Shown: positions 20,118 to 30,752 of the stretch, in pieces
Layout: the number at the start of each line of letters is the position of its first letter
Position numbering within the stretch: the first letter of the stretch is position 1
The notes under the pieces: generated by a model
What the model was told of the DNA's origin: nothing
Database searches by the model: none
What the model saw: the letters and a program-made list of their open reading frames with translations, nothing else
NCBI GenBank assembly: GCA_965205675.1
Contig: OZ242186.1
Coordinates: 576,001-640,000, forward strand
Source of the DNA: Nitrosopumilus sp.
GTDB lineage: Archaea; Thermoproteota; Nitrososphaeria; Nitrososphaerales; Nitrosopumilaceae
Length of the DNA stretch: 64,000 nucleotides
Reading direction: 5' to 3'
Program-made: the position numbers and the translations under genes

Positions 20118-21062
20118 ATGCAAACAGTACGCATTCCAAAAGTTATCAACTTTGGAGAAAATGCACTTGGTAAAACAGAGTATCCAAAAAATGCCCTAGT
20201 TGTCACAACCGTTCCTCCAGCGTTGTCTGACAAATGGTTGGCAAGAATGGGCATTCAGGACTACATGTTGTATGATCAAGTAAAACCTGAACCATCAATT
20301 GATGATGTCAATACTGTTATTTCACAATTCAAAGACAAAGATCCCTCCTGTCTTATTGGACTTGGTGGTGGAAGCTCGATGGATGTAGTAAAATACGCTG
20401 CACCTGAGATGAAAAAAGAAAAGATCTTAATTCCAACAACCTTTGGTACTGGAGCTGAAATGACTACCTATTGTGTTCTCAAGTTTGATGGTAAAAAGAA
20501 ATTGTTACATGAAGACAAATTTTTAGCAGACATGGCTGTAGTGGATTCATATTTTATGGATGGGACTCCAGAACAAGTTCTAAAAAATTCTGTCTGTGAT
20601 GCATGTGCTCAAGCTACTGAAGGTTACGATAGTAAACTTGGTAATGACTTGACAAGAACTCTCTGTAAACAAGCATTTGAGATTCTTTATGATGCAATTA
20701 TGAATGACAAGCCCGAAAAATACCCTTACGGTTCAATGTTATCTGGAATGGGATTCGGTAATTGTTCTACAACTCTAGGACATGCATTGTCATATGTGTT
20801 CTCAAATGAAGGTGTACCTCATGGATATTCATTATCTTCCTGTACTACCGTTGCACACAAGCATAACAATTCCATCTTCTATGATAGATTCAAGGAGGCT
20901 ATGGCAAAATTAGGCTTTGACAAACTAGAACTCAAAGCTGATGTTTCAGAAGCTGCAGATACCGTAATGACTGATAAAGGACATTTGGATCCAAATCCAA
21001 ATCCAATATCCAAAGACGATGTTGTAAAGTGTCTTGAAGATATCAAATCAGGCAATTTGTAA
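20118..21062 (+). CDS. Fe-containing alcohol dehydrogenase; malonic semialdehyde reductase of the 3HP/4HB cycle (Nmar_1110-like)
   Basis: GLGGGSSMD, PTTFGTGAE and GHALSY..PHG; closely resembles the N. maritimus enzyme as I recall it. Confidence 0.88.
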   Translation: MQTVRIPKVINFGENALGKTEYPKNALVVTTVPPALSDKWLARMGIQDYMLYDQVKPEPSIDDVNTVISQFKDKDPSCLIGLGGGSSMDVVKYAAPEMKKEKILIPTTFGTGAEMTTYCVLKFDGKKKLLHEDKFLADMAVVDSYFMDGTPEQVLKNSVCDACAQATEGYDSKLGNDLTRTLCKQAFEILYDAIMNDKPEKYPYGSMLSGMGFGNCSTTLGHALSYVFSNEGVPHGYSLSSCTTVAHKHNNSIFYDRFKEAMAKLGFDKLELKADVSEAADTVMTDKGHLDPNPNPISKDDVVKCLEDIKSGNL

Positions 21063-21072
21063 AAAATTCAAT

Positions 21073-21099
21073 ATTTTTTACTTTTTTTCTATTTTTTTA
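21073..21099 (+). terminator. oligo-T archaeal terminator candidate
   Basis: Three T6-T8 runs immediately after the stop at 21062. Confidence 0.45.
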
Positions 21100-21154
21100 T
21101 AAACTGCGAAATTGGTAGCTTGACTAAACTTTTTATTGTAATAATCCATCATAA

Positions 21155-22261
21155 ATGTACTTGGTTGATAAAAAATTAAAGTTTGGTATTCAAAATGGCT
21201 TAAATGTTGCAAGGGCCGGTTATACTGAAGATCAGATTTTGACAGCATGTATGCTAGCTGATAAAACCGGATATGATTCAATTTTCTATATGGACCATAC
21301 AAATGTGCCTCAGTGGAAAAATGCCACTGTCCTTGATCCTTGGGTTATGTTATCTGCAATTGCGGCTGTAACAAATAATGTTGAACTAGGAACATGTGTT
21401 ACTGATGCAATCAGGCGACATCCTTCTAATATTGCACTTGCTGCAATTACTTTGGATAGAGTTTCAAAAGGTAGGGCAATACTTGGAATTGGTGCAGGTG
21501 AAGCACAGAATCTAAAAGAATTTTGCATTCCATTTGAAAAACCTGTTTCAAAATGGGAAGAGCAGATTGAAACTATTCATACGTTATACAAATCAACTCC
21601 TGATAACACTGTTGATTACAAAGGAAAATATTATCAACTTGAAGGTGCATGCTTACAAGCCCCACCTATTAGAAAACCACATCCACCAACTTACATGGCA
21701 TCTGGTGGTAAACGCACCCTTGCATTAACTGGCAAACTGGGAGATGGTTGGCTGCCAATTGGATATACTCCTGAATTATTTGCAGATCACAAAAAGCAAA
21801 TTGAAGTTTCAATGGATGCCAATAACCGCACTCAAGAAGAAAAAGATAATTTTGAATTTGCTTTAGATATTGATGTTTATTTCTCTGAAGATGCAGAGGC
21901 GTCTTGGGCTAAAATGAAAGAGGCTGTAAAAGTTAGTCTATTCAAGCCTGAAGTCTTACGTGTTCATGGACTAAAAGAGATTGAAGGATTTGATTTTGTA
22001 AAATACTTTACAGAGTATTCAATGTCTGATCAAAGCTGGATTGTAAAAATGAGAGAGGCTGCAACTAAAATTCCAGATGCTATTGCACGTTCATCTACTG
22101 CAGTTGGCACTCCTGAAGATATCATTCCTACATTTGAAAGATTTATGGATGTTGGCGTGAATCACTTTGTGATTAGATTCTGGGGTAAGAATTACTTTGG
22201 TTCTATTGACAAGTTTGCAAGTCATGTAATGCCTGCCTTGCGTGAAAAAGCTAAACAATAG
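21155..22261 (+). CDS. LLM-class (luciferase-like) flavin/F420-dependent oxidoreductase
   Basis: DH, DPW..L, LGTCVT..RHP, GRAILGIGAG and GDGW. Confidence 0.9.
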   Translation: MYLVDKKLKFGIQNGLNVARAGYTEDQILTACMLADKTGYDSIFYMDHTNVPQWKNATVLDPWVMLSAIAAVTNNVELGTCVTDAIRRHPSNIALAAITLDRVSKGRAILGIGAGEAQNLKEFCIPFEKPVSKWEEQIETIHTLYKSTPDNTVDYKGKYYQLEGACLQAPPIRKPHPPTYMASGGKRTLALTGKLGDGWLPIGYTPELFADHKKQIEVSMDANNRTQEEKDNFEFALDIDVYFSEDAEASWAKMKEAVKVSLFKPEVLRVHGLKEIEGFDFVKYFTEYSMSDQSWIVKMREAATKIPDAIARSSTAVGTPEDIIPTFERFMDVGVNHFVIRFWGKNYFGSIDKFASHVMPALREKAKQ

Positions 22262-22316
22262 ACATTCTTTACTATAACATACAGCAAATCCTTTAGTTTA
22301 CCTTATTCTATGTATT

Positions 22317-22550
22317 ATGATGGATGACGATCTCACTGAATCAGTAAAAAAATGTCTTGATATTTTAGAAGAAAATGTGGACATTTTAGCTAATCTTGAA
22401 TATGATTTAGATGATAAAAAAGAAGATGAATTGATTGCTGATATGGAATTGCATGATCTCTATGATATGACTGAAGATGTTGCAGAATCTTCTAAATTAA
22501 AACGTGCAGAATCGAATTTTGCAAGACGACAAGCTGAAGATTCTTTATGA
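22317..22550 (+). CDS. acidic hypothetical protein (77 aa)
   Basis: ATG ORF, D/E-rich. Confidence 0.55.
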   Translation: MMDDDLTESVKKCLDILEENVDILANLEYDLDDKKEDELIADMELHDLYDMTEDVAESSKLKRAESNFARRQAEDSL

Positions 22551-22967
22551 TTTATGCGGTCTTTTCTTTTTTGTAAATGATTTAGCTCTGCGTTTATTTT
22601 TTTGTTTTTCTAATCTTTTTCTTGTTCTTTCTGTTGCGTTAGTTGCACCTTGGATGATTTTTGTTTTACTTCCGTCTTTTAGCATTATCTGTTTGCCTTT
22701 AAATCTAAATTCAACATCTCTGCATTTGATATAGTATTTTTTAAGACAAAAAAAGATTCTATTATTTGTCCCATGCATTTCTTTGACTTCTTTTGATTTT
22801 TTTAATTCATTGAGAATGTTTCGTAATAGCCCCTTGTCGATATCTGTAATTCTATGTAATTCTCTAAACCAGATAAATTTTGATTTTGAACCCCATTCTT
22901 CTAAAAGATCTAATGTTATCTTGATGGCTTTTTCTCTTTCTTCGTCTATTTCAGACATCATTTCCAT
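22545..22967 (-). CDS. putative winged-helix DNA-binding protein with a basic tail
   Basis: WFRELHRITDIDKGLLRNILNEL helix pattern followed by a wing-like hairpin. Confidence 0.55.
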   Translation of the reverse strand: MEMMSEIDEEREKAIKITLDLLEEWGSKSKFIWFRELHRITDIDKGLLRNILNELKKSKEVKEMHGTNNRIFFCLKKYYIKCRDVEFRFKGKQIMLKDGSKTKIIQGATNATERTRKRLEKQKNKRRAKSFTKKKRPHKS

Positions 22968-23072
22968 TAAATTAATCCTAAATTTAGTAATTTACATTAA
23001 TAAAGAATTTGGATGATAAAAGTCAAATTTTAGAATGTTATTTACTTTTGATTATTTTTGTAACTATGATAC

Positions 23073-23165
23073 ATGGACACTGAATTTAAAACTGAATGTA
23101 ATGAATTAGAATGTAGAATATTGGAAATTAAGGCTATGGCTAAAGAATTAGATGAAGATGACTAG
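23073..23165 (+). CDS. possible 30-aa acidic microprotein
   Basis: MDTEFKTECNELECRILEIKAMAKELDEDD*; divergent from the wHTH gene. Confidence 0.3.
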   Translation: MDTEFKTECNELECRILEIKAMAKELDEDD

Positions 23166-23392
23166 AATTGTTTCTTTGTCTTTGATTTGAATTCTTTGAT
23201 TCTAGATTTTATCACTTTTATTGATTGCTTTTGATTATTTTCCATTTTGTTTGCGATTGAATCTATTTGTTTGATTATTTTTGTTTGTGATTCAGAAGAA
23301 TTTGTTTTTAGTAATTTTTTTTTCAATTTTTTTAGCTGATTTGAATACCCTTGAAAATCATTCCTTAACTCATTAAGATAAGGATCATCCAT
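23162..23392 (-). CDS. coiled-coil hypothetical protein (76 aa)
   Basis: ATG ORF with an upstream GGAG. Confidence 0.65.
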   Translation of the reverse strand: MDDPYLNELRNDFQGYSNQLKKLKKKLLKTNSSESQTKIIKQIDSIANKMENNQKQSIKVIKSRIKEFKSKTKKQF

Positions 23393-23468
23393 AATGATTT
23401 TTCATTTATCTCCTATTTTAGCGATTTCTATACTCTGGATTTATAATATTATTTTACTCAGTTAACTC

Positions 23469-24101
23469 ATGCAATTGACTGGAATTCTTCAAATTAAATC
23501 CTACGAGAAAATTAAAGAATTTTTACATAAAGAACACGTTGGTCGTGTAGCTAGCATTGATGAACGTGGTTTTCCTCAAATAATTCCAATGAATTTTGTA
23601 TTTCTTGATGATGCAGTTTACATGCATTCTCATGTAAAGGGTGAGAAGTTAGATAATATCTCCAGAAATAATCATGTGGGATTTGAGACAGACCGCGAAC
23701 TTGAATTTCTCCCATCCTATTTTCAAGATCCACATAATGCATCATTAGCTGATACGTTATACATCAGTGTAGTAATCAAAGGACTTGCCTCACTTGTATC
23801 TGATAGGGAAGAAAAAACACTTGCACTAAATGGCTTGATGAAAAAATATCAGCCTGAGGGACAATATGATCCGCTTTTATCTCATATGGGAGTTTTAGAT
23901 GCTGTAAGTGTGATCAAAATAACTCCTACATCACTTTATGGCAAATACAAAATTGGTCAGCACATGAGTTCTAATGATCGACTAAATTTAGCACAAAAAA
24001 TTTTCAAAAAAAATTCCCCATCTGCACATAATACATTAAAAATTATGGGTTTTGAAATAACTGAAACTGGTTTGAAAATGATAGACGAACCTACTTGGTA
24101 G
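23469..24101 (+). CDS. pyridoxamine 5'-phosphate oxidase-like flavin-binding protein
   Basis: GRVA..P.IIPMNF, YMHS..GEKL and YISVVIKG. Confidence 0.85.
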   Translation: MQLTGILQIKSYEKIKEFLHKEHVGRVASIDERGFPQIIPMNFVFLDDAVYMHSHVKGEKLDNISRNNHVGFETDRELEFLPSYFQDPHNASLADTLYISVVIKGLASLVSDREEKTLALNGLMKKYQPEGQYDPLLSHMGVLDAVSVIKITPTSLYGKYKIGQHMSSNDRLNLAQKIFKKNSPSAHNTLKIMGFEITETGLKMIDEPTW

Positions 24102-24387
24102 GTTTATGAATTATCATTCGTTAATTTCTTGCCACATTCAAACTTTATTTTTTTTAGTTTTTTTCAATTTTTTTAAAATCTCATTTGTTTTTAACTTCAA
24201 CTCTATCCCTATTTTTTGTTGCATTTCTTTGAGTTCTTTTTTGGCCCCTTTGTCTATAATTACCACTATGACAGCGTGGTAATTTTACATCTAAAGTTAT
24301 ACTCAAATTCCCAAATTTGATACTTTATTGACTCGTTGTTTTTGTTTTGTAAACGTTAGCTATAAGTTCAGTTTTTTAGAATTGTTT

Positions 24388-26343
24388 ATGTTGGAACCTT
24401 TGTTAAAATTTGAACTAGTCTCTGACTATCTGCCTACTGGAGATCAACCCGAAGCTATAGATTCTTTGGTCAAAGGCGTCCAGAAAGGATCTGTTCAAAC
24501 ATTACTTGGTGTGACTGGAAGTGGTAAGACATTTTCTGTGGCAAATGTTATTGCAAGAACCGGCAAAAATACTCTGGTCATTTCTCATAACAAAACTCTT
24601 GCAGCACAACTGTATTCTGAACTCAAGCAGTTTTTCCCCAAAAATAATGTTGGATATTTTGTATCCTACTATGATTATTATCAACCTGAAAGTTATCTTC
24701 CACAAACAGATACCTATATTGAAAAAGATACTCAAATCAATGAAAAAATTGAAAAGTTAAGATTAGAAGCTACTGCAATGTTGCTTTCAGGAGAACCTAC
24801 AATTATTGTATCTACTGTATCTTGTATCTATTCTCTTGGTAATCCTCAAGATTGGGAGGATTTGGCAATTATTATCAACACTGGTGATGAAATTAAAAGA
24901 GATGAAATTATTCGAAGCTTTGTAGATGCTAGGTATGAAAGAAATGATACTGAAATAGCTCCTGGAAATTTTAGAGTCAAAGGCGACACCATTGATGTCA
25001 CTCCTGCGTATTCTGAAGATTTGATAAGAATTTCTATGTTTGGAGATGAAATAGAACAAATCATTGTTTTAGATCATGTTTCTTTAAAAGAAAAAAAGAA
25101 AATATTACAACTAAAAATTTTTCCTGCAAAACATTATCTTATTGCAAAAGATGTTCGTAAAAAAGCAGTCAAATCCATTCGTGATGAACTAAAAAAGCGA
25201 TTACCTGAATTAAATGAATTAGAAAAACAAAGACTTGAGATGAGAACAAAATATGATTTAGAAATGATTGAAGAATTGGGCTATTGTTCTGGAATTGAAA
25301 ATTATTCCAGACATTTTGATGGACGACAAGCTGGTGAGAAAGCATTCTGTTTGATGGATTTTTTTGGCGATGATTATATCTTAGTTATAGATGAGTCTCA
25401 TGTAACTTTGCCACAGCTTCATGGGATGTACAAAGGTGACTATTCCCGGAAAAATGAATTAGTTACATATGGATTTAGATTGCCAAGCGCATTTGATAAC
25501 CGTCCTCTAAAATTTGAAGAATTTGAACAATACATCAAAAATACTATTTTTGTATCTGCAACTCCTTCTGAATATGAGAAAAAAATTTCTTCACAAATTG
25601 CTGAACAACTGGTAAGACCTACTGGTTTACTTGATCCTCTAGTAGAGATTAGGTCTACAAAAGATCAAATGGATAATTTAATCCAAGAAATTAACAAAAG
25701 ATCTGCTAATTCTGAGCGTGTTTTAGTCACGACCTTGACCAAACGAATGGCTGAAGATCTTGCTGAATATCTTTCAAAAAAGCAAGTCAGAGTTAGGTAT
25801 ATGCATTCAGAAATAGATGGATTGCAGCGAACTGAGATTATTCGACAATTACGCTTAGGAGAATTTGATGTTCTTGTAGGGATTAATCTTTTGAGAGAGG
25901 GTCTTGATATTCCTGAAGTTTCTCTAGTTGCAATTTTAGATGCAGATAAGGAAGGCTTTTTAAGGAATTTTACTAGTTTGATTCAAACATGTGGCCGTGC
26001 TGCAAGAAATGTAAATGGCACTGTCATAATGTATGCTGATAACAACACTCAGTCAATGAAAAATGCCGTGAATGAAACTAAGCGTCGTAGAAGAAAACAA
26101 ATTAAGTATAATCAAGATCATGATATTATTCCAAAGACAATTATTAAATCAGTTCCTGATCAAGAAGTTGCATTAGATGATTCAAAACTAAAATCTACTC
26201 ATGATCTCACTACTGAAGTAATAGACTTGGAAGCACAAATGAAAAAATATTCTGAAGATTTAGATTTTGAATGTGCAATTGAATGTAGGGATAAAATAAA
26301 GAGAATAGAAAGGGAGATTAAATTTAAAAATGATCGAAAATAA
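24388..26343 (+). CDS. uvrB: excinuclease ABC subunit B
   Basis: PTGDQP, GVTGSGKT, YYDYYQPE, DESH and GRAARN; probable start ATG 24388. Confidence 0.97.
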   Translation: MLEPLLKFELVSDYLPTGDQPEAIDSLVKGVQKGSVQTLLGVTGSGKTFSVANVIARTGKNTLVISHNKTLAAQLYSELKQFFPKNNVGYFVSYYDYYQPESYLPQTDTYIEKDTQINEKIEKLRLEATAMLLSGEPTIIVSTVSCIYSLGNPQDWEDLAIIINTGDEIKRDEIIRSFVDARYERNDTEIAPGNFRVKGDTIDVTPAYSEDLIRISMFGDEIEQIIVLDHVSLKEKKKILQLKIFPAKHYLIAKDVRKKAVKSIRDELKKRLPELNELEKQRLEMRTKYDLEMIEELGYCSGIENYSRHFDGRQAGEKAFCLMDFFGDDYILVIDESHVTLPQLHGMYKGDYSRKNELVTYGFRLPSAFDNRPLKFEEFEQYIKNTIFVSATPSEYEKKISSQIAEQLVRPTGLLDPLVEIRSTKDQMDNLIQEINKRSANSERVLVTTLTKRMAEDLAEYLSKKQVRVRYMHSEIDGLQRTEIIRQLRLGEFDVLVGINLLREGLDIPEVSLVAILDADKEGFLRNFTSLIQTCGRAARNVNGTVIMYADNNTQSMKNAVNETKRRRRKQIKYNQDHDIIPKTIIKSVPDQEVALDDSKLKSTHDLTTEVIDLEAQMKKYSEDLDFECAIECRDKIKRIEREIKFKNDRK

Positions 26344-29149
26344 GTTAAAAATTCGTGGAGCAAGACATCATAATCTAAAAAATTTAGATATCGACATTCC
26401 AAAAAATAAATTAATTGTTATTAGTGGATTATCTGGATCTGGTAAATCCACATTGGCATTTGATACAATATATGCAGAAGGTCAGAGACGTTACGTTGAA
26501 TCTCTTTCTGCTTATGCTCGTCAATTTTTAGAGATGATGGATAAACCTGATGTTGATTCTATCGAAGGTTTATCTCCTGCAATTTCAATCCAACAAAAAA
26601 CCACCAACAAAAATCCTCGTTCTACTGTGGGTACTACTACTGAAATTTATGATTACATGCGATTATTATTTGCTAGAATTGGAATTCCTTATTGTACTAA
26701 CTGTGGGCGTAAAGTTTCCACTCAGTCTATTGAACGAATATGTGATTCTGTACTCAAAGATTTTTCAGGGAAAAAAATCCTCATTTTATCTCCTATTGTT
26801 CAGAGAAAAAAAGGAACATATGAAAAATTATTTGAACAAATCAAAAAGGATGGGTATTCTAGAATACGCCTAAATGGTGAAATTTTGAGCCTAGATGATG
26901 AGATTTCTCCCCTTGATAGGCAAAAATGGCATAATATTGAGATTGTAGTTGATAGGATCACAACTGAAAAATCCGAAAGATCTCGACTCTTTGAAGCTGT
27001 GCAAACTGCAATCAAAGCATCCAAAGGAGATGTTATGATTGCTACTGAAAAATCCGAAAAAATTTTCTCACAAAATAATGCTTGTCCATATTGTGGATTG
27101 ACTGTAGGTGATTTAGAGCCTAGATCCTTTTCATTCAATTCTCCCTTTGGAATGTGTAAAACATGTAATGGTTTAGGGGTAAAGCTAGAATTTGATGCTG
27201 ATTTAGTAGTACCTGACAAAACAAAATCTATTTTGGATGGTGCTATTGTTCCATGGAGTGGTAGATTTTCTGCTTTTAGACGTCAGGCATTAAGAGCAGT
27301 TGGGAAAAAATTTGGTTTTGATTTAATGACTCCGTTTGATAAGATTAAATCAAAACATCTTCAAATAATTTTACATGGTACAGATGCCTTGATTGATTTT
27401 ACATACCGTTCAAAATCTGGTGACTCTTCTTGGAAATCTACTAATACATTTGAAGGCGTGTTAGTTAATTTACAGCGTACTTTTATGGAAACTGATTCTG
27501 AATCTAAAAGAGAATGGTTAAAGCAATTCATGAGAGATACTCCTTGTAATACATGTGATGGCAAAAAACTAAAACCAGAGTCACTTGCAGTTAAAATCCA
27601 TGAAAAAGGAATAATGGATGTTTGTGATATGTCTATTGATAATTGTTATGATTTTTTTTCTTCATTGAAATTAACTACTAATGAACAATACATTGCAAGG
27701 GATGTTTTAAAAGAAATTAAAGAACGTCTTGAATTTTTAATGAATGTTGGACTAAATTATCTTACACTAAATAGACTAAGTTCAACATTGTCTGGTGGAG
27801 AATCTCAAAGAATTCGACTGGCAACTCAGATTGGCTCTAATCTAACTGGTGTCTTGTATGTTCTTGATGAACCTACTATTGGATTGCATCAACGAGACAA
27901 CACTCGACTCATTAAAACGCTAAATAAGCTACGAAATCTTGGGAATACTGTCATAGTTGTAGAGCATGACGAAGAGGTTATCCTAAATTCGGATTGGATG
28001 GTGGATTTAGGACCTGGTGCGGGTGTTCATGGAGGAAATGTTGTTTTTGAAGGTACTGTGAATCAAATTCTTAAAGATACTAAATCTGTAACCGGAACAT
28101 ATCTGAAAAATAATTCTTTGATTAATTTAGATGACAAAATTCGTAAACGTTCTGGTTCTTTAACTATCAAGAAAGCTTCTGAAAATAATCTCAAAAATAT
28201 TGATGTTGAAATTCCTTTAGGTCTTTTTGTTTCTATAACTGGCGTATCTGGCTCTGGAAAGTCTACTTTGATTAACGATATTTTATTAAAATCATTAGAA
28301 AATCACTTTTACAAATCTAATGTTCGTCCTGGAATGCATAAGGATGTAATTGGATTAGAAAATATAGATAAGGTAATAGCAATTGATCAATCTCCTATTG
28401 GCAGAACTCCTCGCTCAAATCCTGCTACATATATTGGTGCTTTTACTCCTATTAGAGAACTTTATGCAAATACTGCATTATCAAAAGAACGTGGATATGC
28501 ACCTGGACAGTTTTCATTTAATGTAGCTGATGGCAGATGTTTTGCATGTGATGGTGATGGTGTTAAACAAATTGAAATGCAGTTTTTATCTGATGTTTAT
28601 GTAAAATGTGATGAGTGTAAAGGAAAGAGATACAATACTCAAACTTTATCTGTATTGTACAAGGGAAAAAATATTTCTGATATTTTAGATATGACTGTAT
28701 ATGAAGCACTAAATTTCTTTGAGAATGTTCCTGCAATTCAACGTAAATTACAAACAGTCTATGATGTTGGTTTAGGTTATATCAAACTCGGTCAATCATC
28801 TACCACTCTTTCTGGGGGTGAAGCTCAAAGAGTAAAACTTGCCTCTGAATTATCAAAACGAGGCACTGGAAAAACTCTATACATATTAGATGAACCTACT
28901 ACAGGCTTGCATTTTGCTGATGTTCAAAAATTACTTGATGTTCTTAATCGACTGGTAAATTTAGGAAATACTGTAGTTGTAATTGAGCATAATATGGATG
29001 TGATTAAAAATTCTGATTGGTTAATTGATCTTGGTCCTGAAGGTGGGGATGAAGGAGGCAAAGTGGTATCTATTGGAACTCCTAAAGATATAGCAAAAGC
29101 TCCTGGAAGTTATACCGGAAAATATCTGAAAAAATTACTGAAAAAATGA
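26330..29149 (+). CDS. uvrA: excinuclease ABC subunit A
   Basis: Two ABC modules (GLSGSGKS, GVSGSGKS, LSGGE) and zinc fingers. Confidence 0.97.
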   Translation: MIENKLKIRGARHHNLKNLDIDIPKNKLIVISGLSGSGKSTLAFDTIYAEGQRRYVESLSAYARQFLEMMDKPDVDSIEGLSPAISIQQKTTNKNPRSTVGTTTEIYDYMRLLFARIGIPYCTNCGRKVSTQSIERICDSVLKDFSGKKILILSPIVQRKKGTYEKLFEQIKKDGYSRIRLNGEILSLDDEISPLDRQKWHNIEIVVDRITTEKSERSRLFEAVQTAIKASKGDVMIATEKSEKIFSQNNACPYCGLTVGDLEPRSFSFNSPFGMCKTCNGLGVKLEFDADLVVPDKTKSILDGAIVPWSGRFSAFRRQALRAVGKKFGFDLMTPFDKIKSKHLQIILHGTDALIDFTYRSKSGDSSWKSTNTFEGVLVNLQRTFMETDSESKREWLKQFMRDTPCNTCDGKKLKPESLAVKIHEKGIMDVCDMSIDNCYDFFSSLKLTTNEQYIARDVLKEIKERLEFLMNVGLNYLTLNRLSSTLSGGESQRIRLATQIGSNLTGVLYVLDEPTIGLHQRDNTRLIKTLNKLRNLGNTVIVVEHDEEVILNSDWMVDLGPGAGVHGGNVVFEGTVNQILKDTKSVTGTYLKNNSLINLDDKIRKRSGSLTIKKASENNLKNIDVEIPLGLFVSITGVSGSGKSTLINDILLKSLENHFYKSNVRPGMHKDVIGLENIDKVIAIDQSPIGRTPRSNPATYIGAFTPIRELYANTALSKERGYAPGQFSFNVADGRCFACDGDGVKQIEMQFLSDVYVKCDECKGKRYNTQTLSVLYKGKNISDILDMTVYEALNFFENVPAIQRKLQTVYDVGLGYIKLGQSSTTLSGGEAQRVKLASELSKRGTGKTLYILDEPTTGLHFADVQKLLDVLNRLVNLGNTVVVIEHNMDVIKNSDWLIDLGPEGGDEGGKVVSIGTPKDIAKAPGSYTGKYLKKLLKK

Positions 29150-30732
29150 CTCTTAATATTTCAAAAATTACCATTCCTACTGATCCTGGAATTTATCTGA
29201 TGAAAGATGATGAAGGAATAATTATCTACATTGGAAAAGCCAAAAATCTAAAGAATCGCGTCAGAACATATTTCAATAAAAATCAGAATTACAAAACACA
29301 AAAACTTGTAGAAAATATCTCTGATATTGAATTTGTTCTAACTGATAATGAAAGTGAAGCTTTTCTTTTAGAATCAAATATGATCAAAAAACATCGTCCT
29401 AGATTTAATATCGAATTAAAAGATCAACAACGATATACATATCTTAGAATTTCTGATGAAAAATATCCCCGTTTATTGGTTTCAAGACGTACTAGAGATG
29501 GAAAATTTTTAGGCAAAGGAAAAACATTTGGTCCTTTCACACAAGGTAGTTCTAAACTACTCACTATTGGAACACTTCGTAAAGCATTCCAAATCAGAAT
29601 TTGTAAAACTTTACCAAAGAAGGTTTGTTTGGAATACCACCTTGGAAATTGTGAGGGTCCATGTGAATTCAAAGATGCACAAGATAGATACTCTAAACAT
29701 ATTGTATCATTACAAGATGTTCTAAAGGGAAAAAATCAGACCAAAGTTTTTACAAAAAAATTAGAAGAAGAAATGCAACAAGCTGCAGAATTACAACAAT
29801 TTGAGCGTGCAAAAGACATTCGTGATACTTTGACTCGGTTGGGAAGTCTTCAAACTAAACAAAAAATGGAATATGTTGAAAATTCTAATGAAGAATATTT
29901 TGGTATGGGCATTAAAGAGCAATCTGCCATTGTTATGAATTTTAGAATGATTAATGGTGTGATTAGAGATAGTGATAAATTCTTTTTTGATTTGGTAGGT
30001 GATAACTCTTTTTCAAATTTCTTATATCAATATTATTCCACACATAAAATTCCGAAATTTGTTCTAGTTAGTAAGCTTCCTGAAAATCACAAACTATTGG
30101 AATCTTTGTTTTCTGAACAGTCTGGACTTAATGTAAAGATTTTAGTTCCCACTAGAGGTAAGAAAAAAGATATCATTAATTTAATTTTAAAAAATATTGC
30201 ATTAATTCATTCAAAAGGAGGAGATCCTGGATTGGTAGAATTAAAAGAAATTCTAAATCTACCTGTTATCCCCAACATCATTGAATGTTTTGATATATCT
30301 AACCATGGTGAAGATTTTGCTGTGGGTTCAATGTCTAGATTTGTTGGAGGTATTCCTAATCGATCTGGCTATCGAAAATTCAAAATCAAAACAATTTCTG
30401 GAAGAGATGATTTTGCAATGATTGGAGAAATAATTAAGAGAAGGTATTACAGATTATTAGAAGAAAACTCTACGCTTCCTGATTTGATTGTAATTGATGG
30501 TGGTAAAGGACAACTCAGTGCTGCTATGTCTTCTTTAGAATCTTTGGGATTGGACTTGTCTTGTATTTCATTGGCAAAAGAAAATGAAGAAGTATATCTT
30601 CCAAAAAATAAAAATCCTATAATCATTTCAAAATACAAACCTTCTTTAAAAATTCTACAGTATGCTAGAGATGAAACTCATCGGTTTGGTGTTGCGTATA
30701 ATCGTACTATACAAAAAAACAAAATAGAATAA
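29146..30732 (+). CDS. uvrC: excinuclease ABC subunit C (no C-terminal HhH visible)
   Basis: GIY-YIG, FDISN, DGGKGQ and RDETHRF. Confidence 0.95.
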   Translation: MTLNISKITIPTDPGIYLMKDDEGIIIYIGKAKNLKNRVRTYFNKNQNYKTQKLVENISDIEFVLTDNESEAFLLESNMIKKHRPRFNIELKDQQRYTYLRISDEKYPRLLVSRRTRDGKFLGKGKTFGPFTQGSSKLLTIGTLRKAFQIRICKTLPKKVCLEYHLGNCEGPCEFKDAQDRYSKHIVSLQDVLKGKNQTKVFTKKLEEEMQQAAELQQFERAKDIRDTLTRLGSLQTKQKMEYVENSNEEYFGMGIKEQSAIVMNFRMINGVIRDSDKFFFDLVGDNSFSNFLYQYYSTHKIPKFVLVSKLPENHKLLESLFSEQSGLNVKILVPTRGKKKDIINLILKNIALIHSKGGDPGLVELKEILNLPVIPNIIECFDISNHGEDFAVGSMSRFVGGIPNRSGYRKFKIKTISGRDDFAMIGEIIKRRYYRLLEENSTLPDLIVIDGGKGQLSAAMSSLESLGLDLSCISLAKENEEVYLPKNKNPIIISKYKPSLKILQYARDETHRFGVAYNRTIQKNKIE

Positions 30733-30752
30733 GAAAAAAGGAAAAATTTTGG

